Source: Pelagibacteraceae bacterium
GTDB taxonomy: Bacteria; Pseudomonadota; Alphaproteobacteria; HIMB59
Length of the DNA stretch: 64,000 nt
Direction: 5' to 3'
Assembly (NCBI GenBank): GCA_002705265.1
Contig: PAHR01000019.1
Span: forward strand, 1,438 to 65,437
The stretch's first letter is position 1. Every line of letters begins with the position of its first letter. Of the stretch, positions 8,718 through 18,514 are shown piece after piece. Both the position numbers and the translations under genes were made by a program. Below the pieces are notes generated by a model. It was not told where the DNA came from. It did not search any database and was given only the letters and a program-made list of their open reading frames with translations.

Positions 8718-10280
8718 ATGTTTAGTTTAATAAATCGAATCATTGTTAGTACTCCCGCATTTTTAATTACAGTAATTGGAATTATTTCTATTTTTATAAT
8801 GATTTTTCTTACACCCGCTTTAGATAGAGATGAGTCAAGATACGCCCAAACTTCTTTTCAAATTTCTGAGACCAATGATTTTTTTAATCTTCAATTTCAA
8901 GATTCTCCAAGATTAAAAAAACCGCCAGGAATTTATTGGCTTCAATTTGCATCATTTAAAATATTTAATAATTTTTTCGATAAGGAAATATGGATTTTTA
9001 GAATAATTTCTTTATTAAGTTTATTGGTTTTGCTTTTTTATACTCATAAATTAGCAAAATTATTATTTTATGATATCAATTCAACTATACCTATCACAGC
9101 ACTAACGGGAACAATAATTATAATTGTTGAATCCTTACAAGCAACTACCGATATGGCTTACGCAGCTTTTTCTTTAATGTCTTATTACTTCTTTATTAAG
9201 TCTTTTAATGAAGAAAAAAATTATTCTAATATATTTTTTATTTTTTCAAGTTTAGCAGCAATGATTATTAAAGGTCCAGTATTTTTAATTTTAATTATTA
9301 TTATTTATTTCTATAAGTTTGCAAATTTTAATATTTCTTTGAAAAAGAAAATTATAATATTATCAAATATTTCAATTGTTGTTTTAGTTAGTATTACCTT
9401 AGCATTAATCTATAACATATCCACTAATGGACAATTTTTACAACATTCCTTAATAAATGATTTTGGTGCTAAATTAATAGAAACCCAAGAGTCTCATGGT
9501 GGTTTTTTTGGATATTATTTTTTAGGTTCCTTCTTAATAGTTTTTCCAATTTATCCCTTGATGCTAATAGGAATTTTTTTCAATTTATTTAAAAAAATAA
9601 ACTGGGATCAAAATCTTTTATTAATTTTAATATCTATTTTTTCTTTTATATTTCTTCTAGAATTAATTCCAACAAAATTACCACATTATATTCTTCCAGT
9701 AGTGCCTTTAATGGCAATATATTTTTCTAGAACTTTAGAATTTATAGAGTTTAAATGGAGTAAGGTTTTTTTCTTATTTAATCTCTTTATAGTTGTAGGG
9801 TTTTTATTTGTTGATTATAAGTCATTTGAAATAACTGGTGAAGATAGGAAAAACATTTCATTTATTTACTATTTCTTGATGATAATTCCATTAATGCTCA
9901 ATCCAATTTTTTATAAAAATAACCAATCTCTCTTAAATATCGTAAAAATTAATTCATTATCCTGTTCCTTGCTTGTTCTAATAACAGTAATGAATTTAAT
10001 TTTTATTCATAAAAATATCTGGATTAGTAGCGGTATAAAGGATTTTATAGCTAAAAATTACGATTGTAATGAAGGTTATCAAATTACAATAGAAGGTATA
10101 AATGAGCCAAGTTTAATATTTAATTTTTATGAAAACTTTGATTCCTCAAGTAATTGTAGTATTAAGGTAATTGCATCTGAAATTGATGATATGCCAATTG
10201 ATAACACTAATTCCACTAATTTAAGCTATTTTAATTATTCAAATAATAAAAAAATTAATTTAAATTTTTCTAAACAATGA
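8718..10280 (+). CDS. ArnT/RgtA-like GT-C glycosyltransferase (lipid-carrier sugar transferase)
   Basis: DRDESRYAQ, PRLKKPPGIYWLQ, KGP, QESHGG..GYY, TKLPHYILP; multi-pass membrane protein. Confidence 0.85.
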   Translation: MFSLINRIIVSTPAFLITVIGIISIFIMIFLTPALDRDESRYAQTSFQISETNDFFNLQFQDSPRLKKPPGIYWLQFASFKIFNNFFDKEIWIFRIISLLSLLVLLFYTHKLAKLLFYDINSTIPITALTGTIIIIVESLQATTDMAYAAFSLMSYYFFIKSFNEEKNYSNIFFIFSSLAAMIIKGPVFLILIIIIYFYKFANFNISLKKKIIILSNISIVVLVSITLALIYNISTNGQFLQHSLINDFGAKLIETQESHGGFFGYYFLGSFLIVFPIYPLMLIGIFFNLFKKINWDQNLLLILISIFSFIFLLELIPTKLPHYILPVVPLMAIYFSRTLEFIEFKWSKVFFLFNLFIVVGFLFVDYKSFEITGEDRKNISFIYYFLMIIPLMLNPIFYKNNQSLLNIVKINSLSCSLLVLITVMNLIFIHKNIWISSGIKDFIAKNYDCNEGYQITIEGINEPSLIFNFYENFDSSSNCSIKVIASEIDDMPIDNTNSTNLSYFNYSNNKKINLNFSKQ

Positions 10281-11698
10281 TTTTTTTTAAAAATTTAAGC
10301 TCTATAGAAAAGAAAATACTTTACGGATTTATTGCATCAATTTTTATTTTTATTTTTTTTGATACAAAATTGACTTTATTCTTTTATGGCCTAAACGATC
10401 CATTTAAATCTTTTTTTCATGCTATCACTAACTTTGGAAACTCTTTATACTATTTCTGTATTACTATAATTTTATTTTTTGTATTTAGAGTTAAAAAAGA
10501 CACCTCAACATTATTTAAAAATATTTATGACCTAAATCTATTTACTTTTTATAATCTAATTTTAAGTGGAATTGTTGTTCAATTATTAAAACATATTATA
10601 GGAAGGCCAAGACCTAAAATGTTGATGCTTGATCATAATTCTTTAGATCTAAATTTATTTACTTTTAATTCCAGTTTTCATTCATTCCCTTCTGGTCATA
10701 CTGCAACAATTTTCAGTGTTGTGTTTGTTTTATATTTTATTTTTCCTAGAGTAAAAAAATTTATACTTTCTTTTGGTATAATTGTAGGTTTAACAAGATT
10801 CATTATAGGGGCCCATCATTTCACAGATGTTATTGCTGGATGTGGTGTGTCTTTTTTTGTATTTATTTTTCTTAGGAATAAATTTTTAGATCAAGATAGA
10901 TTATTTACAAAAAATAATAATAAAATTATTCCTAATGAGGGTATCCAAGACTTAACTTTAAAAATAAAAAAAATCTTTAATGATTATCAAGAAAAATTAA
11001 TTCAAACACATTACTACTATAAATATTTTTTGCTTATAATAATCATTTCTATTGCTTTTTTTATTTTTCCTACAATAGATATAACAGTAAGTGGTATTTT
11101 TTACAGAGGATCTGGTCAATTTTTTGCTAATTCAACTGATTGGAATGTTTATATTTTAAGAGAAATTATACTTAAAATAATTGTAATAGCCTTATTTCTT
11201 CTTCCATTAATATCTTCAGTGCATCTTGCCTTTACAAAGAAACGTTTATTGAATTTATCTTTGAATAATTGCGCCTATTTATTCTTATCATCTATATTAT
11301 CACTTGGAATTGTTGTAAATATTATCTTAAAAAATCTTTGGGGAAGAGTAAGACCAAACGATACAGTCATTTTTGGTGGAGACCAGCCTTTCTCTATTCC
11401 ATGGTTAAAAGTATCTCATTGTGATCACAACTGTAGTTTTGTTTCAGGAGATGTTTCAGCTTATACGCTTTTACTGGCCTTAATTCTTGTTTTTGATAAA
11501 AAACATCTAACAAAGTTTGCTTATTTACTTATTTTTTTAATTGGCTTAACAAGAATTATGGAAGGAGGTCATTTTTTCAGTGATGTAATTATGAGTTTCA
11601 TGATAACTCATTTTATATTAAAAATCTTATTTGATTTATTTTCACGATTGCCTGATAATTTAAATGTTGACAAAATCTATATTCTTAAAAAAAAGTAA
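10277..11698 (+). CDS. membrane phosphatase with two tandem PAP2 domains (LpxE/LpxF-like)
   Basis: Domain 1: KHIIGRPRP/SFPSGH/TRFIIGAHHFTD. Domain 2: KNLWGRVRP/SFVSGD/TRIMEGGHFFSD. Confidence 0.8.
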   Translation: MIFFKNLSSIEKKILYGFIASIFIFIFFDTKLTLFFYGLNDPFKSFFHAITNFGNSLYYFCITIILFFVFRVKKDTSTLFKNIYDLNLFTFYNLILSGIVVQLLKHIIGRPRPKMLMLDHNSLDLNLFTFNSSFHSFPSGHTATIFSVVFVLYFIFPRVKKFILSFGIIVGLTRFIIGAHHFTDVIAGCGVSFFVFIFLRNKFLDQDRLFTKNNNKIIPNEGIQDLTLKIKKIFNDYQEKLIQTHYYYKYFLLIIIISIAFFIFPTIDITVSGIFYRGSGQFFANSTDWNVYILREIILKIIVIALFLLPLISSVHLAFTKKRLLNLSLNNCAYLFLSSILSLGIVVNIILKNLWGRVRPNDTVIFGGDQPFSIPWLKVSHCDHNCSFVSGDVSAYTLLLALILVFDKKHLTKFAYLLIFLIGLTRIMEGGHFFSDVIMSFMITHFILKILFDLFSRLPDNLNVDKIYILKKK

Positions 11699-13070
11699 TT
11701 TTTTTATATTATTTATTTTTTTTGTAATTCTTATAAGGGTGTTAAGCTTATTTTTTTCTAAAATAGATTTACAAGGGGATGAAGCACAGTATTGGTTTTG
11801 GAGTACATATTTTGATTGGGGTTATTTTTCTAAACCGCCATTTATAGCTTGGATAATTTTCTTATTTACATCAGTTTTTGGAAACTCAGTATTTATAATT
11901 AAACTTCCATCGCTCTTAGCTCACATGGGAACAGCGATTAGTCTTTTCTATTTGTCTAAATCTTTTAAAAGAACCAATGAAGAAGGTCTATGGTTGGCAC
12001 TTTCTTATTTGCTTTTTTTTGCAATAAGTCTTTCCTCAAATATTATTTCAACTGATCCGTTTTTACTTCTATTTTGGACATTATCTCTTTTATATTTTAA
12101 TGAATTAAATAAGAATCAATCTTTAAAAAATATTGTTTTAACAAGTATTTTTATAGCTCTCGGTTTTTATGCAAAATATGCAATGATTTATTTTTTCTTA
12201 TCTAGTCTTGTTTTTGCTTTTATAGTTCCAAATAAAAAAATTTATATTAAAAATATTTTTGTAATTGTTTGTTTAGTTTTTATATTATTTTCCCCACATT
12301 TATTTTGGATATATAGCAATGGATGGGTTACTATTACCCATACCGCAGATAATTTTAATTGGGGATCTAGATTATTTAATTTTGATCAATTATTAAATTT
12401 TATTATCGGGCAATTTTTTATAACCACGCCAATTATTTTTTATTTTTATATAAAAACAATTACAAATATTAGAGCAACTTTAAAAGTTTATGCTTTTGAA
12501 ATATCTTATTCTTTACCAATAATTTTGTTAGTTTTAATTCAAAGCTTTATTAGTAGAGCTAATGCAAATTGGGCCTCAGTTGCTTTTATTGGAATAGCAA
12601 TGATTGCTATAAATGTACTATTTAATAATTATAAAAAAATACTTGTAATTAATTCTGTTTTGGGTTTTTTAATAATGTTAATAGTAAGTTTTATACTACT
12701 TTTTCCTCCCAATTTATCTACATTTAATAAATTAACAGGAATGAAAAAAGCAGCAGAAGAAATAGAATTTTTGGATAGTTCTTTAAATTCAAAATATATT
12801 TTATTTGATGATAGAATGACAATCTCTAAATTTCTTTACTATCTTAATTCCAAACAATACAAAATGAAATTTCTTTCAGATGGTATTAACATAGATAATC
12901 ATTTTTCCATGATGATGCCTTTATCAGAAAAAAATATATCTAATGAAAAAATTATATTTATACATCGTTATGAAGAAATACCTGAGTATATAAAAGATAA
13001 AGTTTTAGTGAGTCAGCTATATGAAATGCCAAATAAAAAAAATAATTTTTATATAAGTTATATAGAATAA
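11664..13070 (+). CDS. GT39/ArnT-family (RgtB/C/D-like) glycosyltransferase
   Basis: DEAQYWFWS..FDWGYFSKPP, STDPFLL.FW, AKYAM, ANANW. Confidence 0.85.
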   Translation: MLTKSIFLKKSNFFILFIFFVILIRVLSLFFSKIDLQGDEAQYWFWSTYFDWGYFSKPPFIAWIIFLFTSVFGNSVFIIKLPSLLAHMGTAISLFYLSKSFKRTNEEGLWLALSYLLFFAISLSSNIISTDPFLLLFWTLSLLYFNELNKNQSLKNIVLTSIFIALGFYAKYAMIYFFLSSLVFAFIVPNKKIYIKNIFVIVCLVFILFSPHLFWIYSNGWVTITHTADNFNWGSRLFNFDQLLNFIIGQFFITTPIIFYFYIKTITNIRATLKVYAFEISYSLPIILLVLIQSFISRANANWASVAFIGIAMIAINVLFNNYKKILVINSVLGFLIMLIVSFILLFPPNLSTFNKLTGMKKAAEEIEFLDSSLNSKYILFDDRMTISKFLYYLNSKQYKMKFLSDGINIDNHFSMMMPLSEKNISNEKIIFIHRYEEIPEYIKDKVLVSQLYEMPNKKNNFYISYIE

Positions 13071-13074
13071 TTTT

Positions 13075-13149
13075 TGGCGATTTCGTCAGGACTCGAACCT
13101 GAAACGCAAGGGTCGAAACCTTGAATGATATCCATTTCACCACGAAATC
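13075..13149 (-). tRNA. tRNA-Arg(UCG)
   Basis: GATTTCG/CGAAATC acceptor stem, CAAGG-TTTCGAC-CCTTG anticodon arm, GGTTCGAGTCC T-arm, encoded CCA. Confidence 0.92.
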
Positions 13150-13234
13150 AAATTTAATATATCAACATATACAATTGTTTGCTTCAAAAGATTTGATTTC
13201 ATGATAAAAATGATAAATGTTCAAGATTTTTAAA

Positions 13235-13321
13235 ATGTCTAAAATGAATACTTTTGGAAAAGTTATTTTTGCAATAAATATTATACTTATGATTTTAGTA
13301 ATTTTTATTATTTTATCATAG
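13235..13321 (+). CDS. putative 28-aa hydrophobic peptide
   Basis: MSKMNTFGKVIFAINIILMILVIFIILS*, a single TM helix co-oriented with the downstream operon. Confidence 0.3.
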   Translation: MSKMNTFGKVIFAINIILMILVIFIILS

Positions 13322-13339
13322 TTTATAAAGTATTGATTA

Positions 13340-15265
13340 ATGAAAATTCTTTGGAAACCCAACAATAGTTATATTAAAAAAACTAATTTATATAGATTTC
13401 AAAAATATATAGAAAATAAAATAGAAAAAAAGTTTAATAATTACGATAGTTTTTGGAGATGGTCGATAGATAATAAAGGAATTTTTTGGCAAGAATTATC
13501 AGTTTTTTTTGATTTAAATATTAAAAAACAAAAAAATTTTAAAAGTTTCCAAATTAATAAAAGTTTTATCAAATCAAGTTTTTTTATAAATTCTAAAGTT
13601 AATTATTTTAGCGAAATTAATAAAATACGTAATAACAGCTTAGCTATAAAATTTTATTCAGAGGATAATTTTTCAACTAAAATATCTTATTCGGAATTAC
13701 ATTCGATGGTTAACTCGATTGCAATTTATTTTAAAGAAATTGGTTTAAAAAAAGGAGATAGAGTTGTTGGATATCTGCCTAATATACCGGATTCTGTCTT
13801 ATGTCTTTTGGCTTGTTCAAAATTAGGTATTGTTTGGTCATCATGTTCGCCTGATTTTGGTGTGAAGGCAGTTATAGATAGATTCAAACAACTCAAGCCA
13901 AAATTAATGGTTATTGCTGATTATTATGTTTATAATGGAAAAAAGTTTAATTATTCAAATCAACTTGATGAAATTCAAAAAACTTTAAGAATACCTAATA
14001 TTTTAAAAACATCATATCCATCTAAAAAACAAAAAACCCTAGATTTACAAAAAATCTATTTAAAAAATAAAAATAAGAAAAATATTGATACAGTATTTCT
14101 TCCATTTGATTATCCATTGTATGTTTTATTTTCAAGCGGAACTACAGGTCTACCAAAATGCATAACTCATACTCATGGTGGTGTAATTTTACAACATATA
14201 AAAGAGCTATCATTACATTCGAATATAACAAAAAAAGACAATATGCTTTTTTACACTACTTGTGGCTGGATGATGTGGAATTGGATGATTTCTAATCTTT
14301 TATTAGGGGCATCAATAACATTATATGAAGGGGCGCTTTTTTATCCAACTGCAAAAAAATTTATAGATGTTGCCAAAAAAAGCAAAGCAACAGTTTTAGG
14401 TGCTGGAGCCAAAGTATATGAATATTTACAATATAGTAATTTAAAAAAAGAAATTACTTGTTTAAAAAATATTAAATCTATTTTGTCCACCGGGTCCCCT
14501 TTAGCTGATGAGACTTTTGAATTTATTAACAAAAAAATAAATAATAAAGTTCCTATTCATTCAATTAGTGGAGGAACAGATATTGTCTCATGCTTTATGC
14601 TAGGCAACCCAACAACTCCTGTATATATAGGAGAAATTCAATGTCCTGGCTTAGGGATGGACATAGATGTTTTTAATGATAGAGGTGTTTCGACATTAAA
14701 AACAGGGGAACTCGTTTGTTTATCTCCATTTCCTTCAAAGCCAATTTATTTTTGGAATGATAAAAATAATAAAAAATTTAAGAATGCCTATTTTAAAAAA
14801 TTTAAAAATACTTGGAGCCATGGTGATTTTGTTAAAAAAACAAAATATGGTGGATACAGAATTTATGGCAGGTCTGATGCAACTTTAAATCCTGGAGGAG
14901 TCAGAATAGGAACAGCTGAAATTTATAATGTTTTAAAATCATTTAAAATTATCCAAGATGCATTAGCCGTAGGATTTAGTACTAATAATGATGAAAAAAT
15001 TGTTTTATTTTTAAAACTTCAAATTAAAAAAAAATTATCAGATACTGTAATTTTTAAAATAAGAACTTTTTTAAAAAAACAACTTAGCCCTAGACATGTT
15101 CCTTGGAAAATATTTCAAATACAAGATATCCCAAGAACAAAAAGTGGAAAAAATTCTGAAATAATTGTCAAAAAAATACTTAATAATGATAAGATCTTGA
15201 ACTTAGATGCTCTTGCAAACCCTAAATCTTTGGATGAATATAGAAAAATAAAAATAAATGGATGA
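13340..15265 (+). CDS. acetoacetate--CoA ligase (acetoacetyl-CoA synthetase)
   Basis: WSSCSPDFG, FSSGTTGLPKCI, TTCGWMMWNW, SGGTD, GRSDATLNPGGVRIGTAEIY, ALANP. Confidence 0.92.
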   Translation: MKILWKPNNSYIKKTNLYRFQKYIENKIEKKFNNYDSFWRWSIDNKGIFWQELSVFFDLNIKKQKNFKSFQINKSFIKSSFFINSKVNYFSEINKIRNNSLAIKFYSEDNFSTKISYSELHSMVNSIAIYFKEIGLKKGDRVVGYLPNIPDSVLCLLACSKLGIVWSSCSPDFGVKAVIDRFKQLKPKLMVIADYYVYNGKKFNYSNQLDEIQKTLRIPNILKTSYPSKKQKTLDLQKIYLKNKNKKNIDTVFLPFDYPLYVLFSSGTTGLPKCITHTHGGVILQHIKELSLHSNITKKDNMLFYTTCGWMMWNWMISNLLLGASITLYEGALFYPTAKKFIDVAKKSKATVLGAGAKVYEYLQYSNLKKEITCLKNIKSILSTGSPLADETFEFINKKINNKVPIHSISGGTDIVSCFMLGNPTTPVYIGEIQCPGLGMDIDVFNDRGVSTLKTGELVCLSPFPSKPIYFWNDKNNKKFKNAYFKKFKNTWSHGDFVKKTKYGGYRIYGRSDATLNPGGVRIGTAEIYNVLKSFKIIQDALAVGFSTNNDEKIVLFLKLQIKKKLSDTVIFKIRTFLKKQLSPRHVPWKIFQIQDIPRTKSGKNSEIIVKKILNNDKILNLDALANPKSLDEYRKIKING

Positions 15266-16403
15266 AGTATTTATTATTGATGCAATAAGAACCCCGATAG
15301 GAAGTTTCATGGGTCAGTATAAAAAAATAGAGTCTGTGAACTTAGGCATTAGTTGTATTGAGGGTATTTTTGACCGAAACAAAAATATTGAAAAAAAAAG
15401 TATTGAGGGAATAATTTTGGGTCAAGTTTTAACAGCAGGTTTGGGCATGAATACTTCTAGACAGGTTTTATTGAAATCAGGACTTTCTAGAAATAGTTTT
15501 GCATACTGTGTTAATCAAGTTTGTGGAAGTGGCATGAGAGCAGTGATTGATACGTCAATTAGAATCAAAAGTAATGAAAATCAATTATTAATTGCTGGTG
15601 GTCAAGAAAACATGTCTTTGGCAAGACACACTTCTTTATTTAGAAAAGGAATAAAATTAGGCAATGTCACTATGATTGACTCAATTTTATCTGACGGATT
15701 AACAGATGTATTTTCAAAAGAGCACATGGGAATGACAGCAGAAAATGTTGCAAAAAAATATAAAGTTAGCAGGAAGCAACAAGATAAATTTGCAATTAAT
15801 TCATATAAAAAAGCATATAAAGCAACTAAAAATAATTATTTTAAAAATGAATTGATCGATACCAATTTTAATGACGAATTTAGACAAGATACAGATTTAA
15901 AAAAACTCTCTAACTTGAAACCAGTGTTTAAGTCAGGTGGAACTGTAACTGCTGGCAATTCTTCATCTTTGAATGACGGGGCTTCAATGATTTTACTTGG
16001 ATCACAAAAATATTGTAAAAAAAATAATATTAAGCCAATTGCAAAAATTATTGGATGGGCAGATAGCGCAGGAGACCCAGACTATATGGGAATTACCCCT
16101 ATAAAAGCAATTGGAAATTTAATGAAAAAATTAAAAGTAAATATTGATTTTTTTGACTTAATTGAGGTTAACGAAGCATTTTCTGCTACTTCTGTGGCTG
16201 TTGAAAAAGAACTTGGGATTGATAGTAAGAAACTTAATATTTGTGGAGGTTCAATAGCTTTGGGACATCCAATAGGTTGTTCTGGTGCAAGAATTATTAC
16301 TACATTAGTTCATCAATTAAAAAGAATTAAAAAAAAATATGGTGCTGCAAGCATGTGTATTGGTGGTGGTCAAGGTTTAGCTGTTGCAGTAGAAATTATA
16401 TAA
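15258..16403 (+). CDS. acetyl-CoA C-acetyltransferase (thiolase)
   Basis: NQVCGSG, NEAF, GHPIG.SG, CIGGGQG. Confidence 0.95.
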   Translation: MDEVFIIDAIRTPIGSFMGQYKKIESVNLGISCIEGIFDRNKNIEKKSIEGIILGQVLTAGLGMNTSRQVLLKSGLSRNSFAYCVNQVCGSGMRAVIDTSIRIKSNENQLLIAGGQENMSLARHTSLFRKGIKLGNVTMIDSILSDGLTDVFSKEHMGMTAENVAKKYKVSRKQQDKFAINSYKKAYKATKNNYFKNELIDTNFNDEFRQDTDLKKLSNLKPVFKSGGTVTAGNSSSLNDGASMILLGSQKYCKKNNIKPIAKIIGWADSAGDPDYMGITPIKAIGNLMKKLKVNIDFFDLIEVNEAFSATSVAVEKELGIDSKKLNICGGSIALGHPIGCSGARIITTLVHQLKRIKKKYGAASMCIGGGQGLAVAVEII

Positions 16404-16411
16404 ATTTTTTA

Positions 16412-17308
16412 ATGTTTTTAAATAATTCTATAAAAGCATCAATAGCTCTTTGCCTTGCTTCACTGTTTTGGTCAGGAAATTTTATAATTGGAAGACTTGC
16501 TTCCACAGAGAGTATTATTTCACCATTATCACTTGGTTTTTATAGATGGGTTATAGCATTTGCAATTTTAACACCTTTCTTTCTTTCTTCTTCTTTAAAA
16601 ACACTTCATAAAATTAAAGATCAACCTGGCGTAATTTTTATTATTATATTAAGTGGCCCAACTTTATTTAATACTTTTATATATGTTGGACTCACTTCTA
16701 CAAAGGTAATTAATGCCTTACTAATTGTATCCACTGTTCCAATGCTAATTATATTATTTAATTTTTTATTATTTAAAATTCACTCAACGACAATTCAATT
16801 AATTGGAATTATTATATCTCTTGTTGGTGTAAGTTTTGTAATTACAAAAGGTAATTATATAAATTTTTTTAGTTCTCAATTTTATGTTGGTGATATTTTT
16901 ATAATGTTAGCAGCAATTTCATGGGCAATTTATTCAATATATTTAAAAAAAAACAAAACTGGAATAGCGGGATTCGAGTTACTTTATATTTCATTTGGAT
17001 TTACAATCTTATTATTATTTCCTCTTTATCTTTTTGATTTTTTCGTATTACAAAACGAACTTATTTTCGATACTAAGTCAGTTCTAACAATTTGTTATAC
17101 TGGAATTTTCCCAAGCATATTTTCTTATTTATTTTGGAATGTAGGTGTTTCTCTAATTGGTCCTAACAAATCTGGTCCTTTTTTACATCTAATGCCTATT
17201 TTTGGAGGTATTTTGGCTTTTGTAATTTTTCAAGAAAGACTTGAATTTTACCATTATGTTGGAATTCTATCTGTAATAGCAGGTATTATTATTACTAACA
17301 AAAAATAA
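16412..17308 (+). CDS. DMT/EamA family transporter (ATG at 16412 preferred as start)
   Basis: FWSGNFIIGR, about 10 TM segments, two EamA repeats. Confidence 0.85.
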   Translation: MFLNNSIKASIALCLASLFWSGNFIIGRLASTESIISPLSLGFYRWVIAFAILTPFFLSSSLKTLHKIKDQPGVIFIIILSGPTLFNTFIYVGLTSTKVINALLIVSTVPMLIILFNFLLFKIHSTTIQLIGIIISLVGVSFVITKGNYINFFSSQFYVGDIFIMLAAISWAIYSIYLKKNKTGIAGFELLYISFGFTILLLFPLYLFDFFVLQNELIFDTKSVLTICYTGIFPSIFSYLFWNVGVSLIGPNKSGPFLHLMPIFGGILAFVIFQERLEFYHYVGILSVIAGIIITNKK

Positions 17309-17357
17309 TAATTTTTAGTATATAATAATTTTAGGTAATTTCGTATGGAGGAATATT

Positions 17358-18473
17358 ATGGTTAAGAAAAAACCTATGAAAAGAAGAGGCTTTCTTAAAG
17401 CAGCTGGAGCCAGTGTTGCTGCCGCTGCTGCTGTTTCTTCTTTCCCAACTCCTGCTATTTCAGAGGGTCATAAAGAATGGATTGCTTGTTCTTCTTTTGG
17501 CAAAGCAGGATTACTAGGTAAAGCGTTACAAAGATTTGCAGATTTCATAAGTGCTCAGTCTGATAAATTAAAAATTAAAGTTTATCATGCAGGGGAATTA
17601 GTTCCCGGACTAGAATCACTAGATGCTGTAAGATCTGGCGCTGCACAAATGGCTTACGGGGCACCTTATTACTGGACCAATGTAAGTAATTCTACTCAGT
17701 TTGTTGCATGTATGCCTTTTGGTTTAACAGCTCAAGAACAAAACGCTTGGTGTTATTATGGTGGTGGTATTGAAGCTGCTGATAAATCATATAATGAAAT
17801 TGGCGTAAAGTTTTTACCGATGGGCAATACTGGAAATCAAATGGGAGGTTGGTTTAATAAAGAGATTAAATCAATTGATGATTTTAATGGGCTTAAAATG
17901 AGAATGCCTGGTTTAGGTGGAGAAGTAATTGCAAGTTTTGGTGCTAATACCATTTTACTTGCAGGATCTGATGTACTGCCTTCATTAGCATCAGGTGCCA
18001 TTGATGCAACTGAATGGATTGGACCTGCTGCTGATCTTGGTGCTGGTTTATATCAAGCTGCAAAGTACTATTACAATCCAGGGTGGCATGAACCTGCTAC
18101 TATATTAGACTGCTCAATAGATATGAAAGAATGGGAGGGATTAGACGATAATACGCGCGCTCTAATCACACAAGCTTCTAAAGCTACAAACCTAGAAGTG
18201 CTTTCTCATTTCCAGGCGGCTAATGATGGTGCTTATCAAAAACTCATCAACGACCATGGCGTTCAAATGAGACAGATGCCTGATGAAGTTATGAATGCCC
18301 TTGGTCAAAGAGCTGGTGAAGTTTGTTCTGAGATAGCAAGTAGAGATGCGGTATCTAAAGAACTCTTTTCACATATTGTTAATTTTAGATCTACAGTTAT
18401 TAGATGGACTGGTGTATCTGAAAAAGAATATTTAAGAGTTCGCAATTTACCATTTAGTTATCCATCAGCATAA
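17358..18473 (+). CDS. dctP: TRAP transporter substrate-binding protein (TakP-like keto-acid binding), Tat-exported
   Basis: RRGFLK Tat motif, GNTGNQMGGWF, LKMRMPGLGG, IDATEWIGP..D, YYNPGWHEP. Confidence 0.9.
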   Translation: MVKKKPMKRRGFLKAAGASVAAAAAVSSFPTPAISEGHKEWIACSSFGKAGLLGKALQRFADFISAQSDKLKIKVYHAGELVPGLESLDAVRSGAAQMAYGAPYYWTNVSNSTQFVACMPFGLTAQEQNAWCYYGGGIEAADKSYNEIGVKFLPMGNTGNQMGGWFNKEIKSIDDFNGLKMRMPGLGGEVIASFGANTILLAGSDVLPSLASGAIDATEWIGPAADLGAGLYQAAKYYYNPGWHEPATILDCSIDMKEWEGLDDNTRALITQASKATNLEVLSHFQAANDGAYQKLINDHGVQMRQMPDEVMNALGQRAGEVCSEIASRDAVSKELFSHIVNFRSTVIRWTGVSEKEYLRVRNLPFSYPSA

Positions 18474-18482
18474 TCTTTAATT

Positions 18483-18514
18483 TTTAATACCCTCGAATAT
18501 TCGAGGGTATTAAA
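18483..18514. terminator. perfect 32-bp palindrome between convergent dctP and dctM (bidirectional terminator)
   Basis: TTTAATACCCTCGAAT|ATTCGAGGGTATTAAA. Confidence 0.75.

Noticed and set aside
12958-13365. Minus-strand ORFs 12958..13143 and 13162..13365
   Set aside because: The first runs through the tRNA and the GT gene. The second overlaps the ligase start and looks like low-complexity AT-rich noise.
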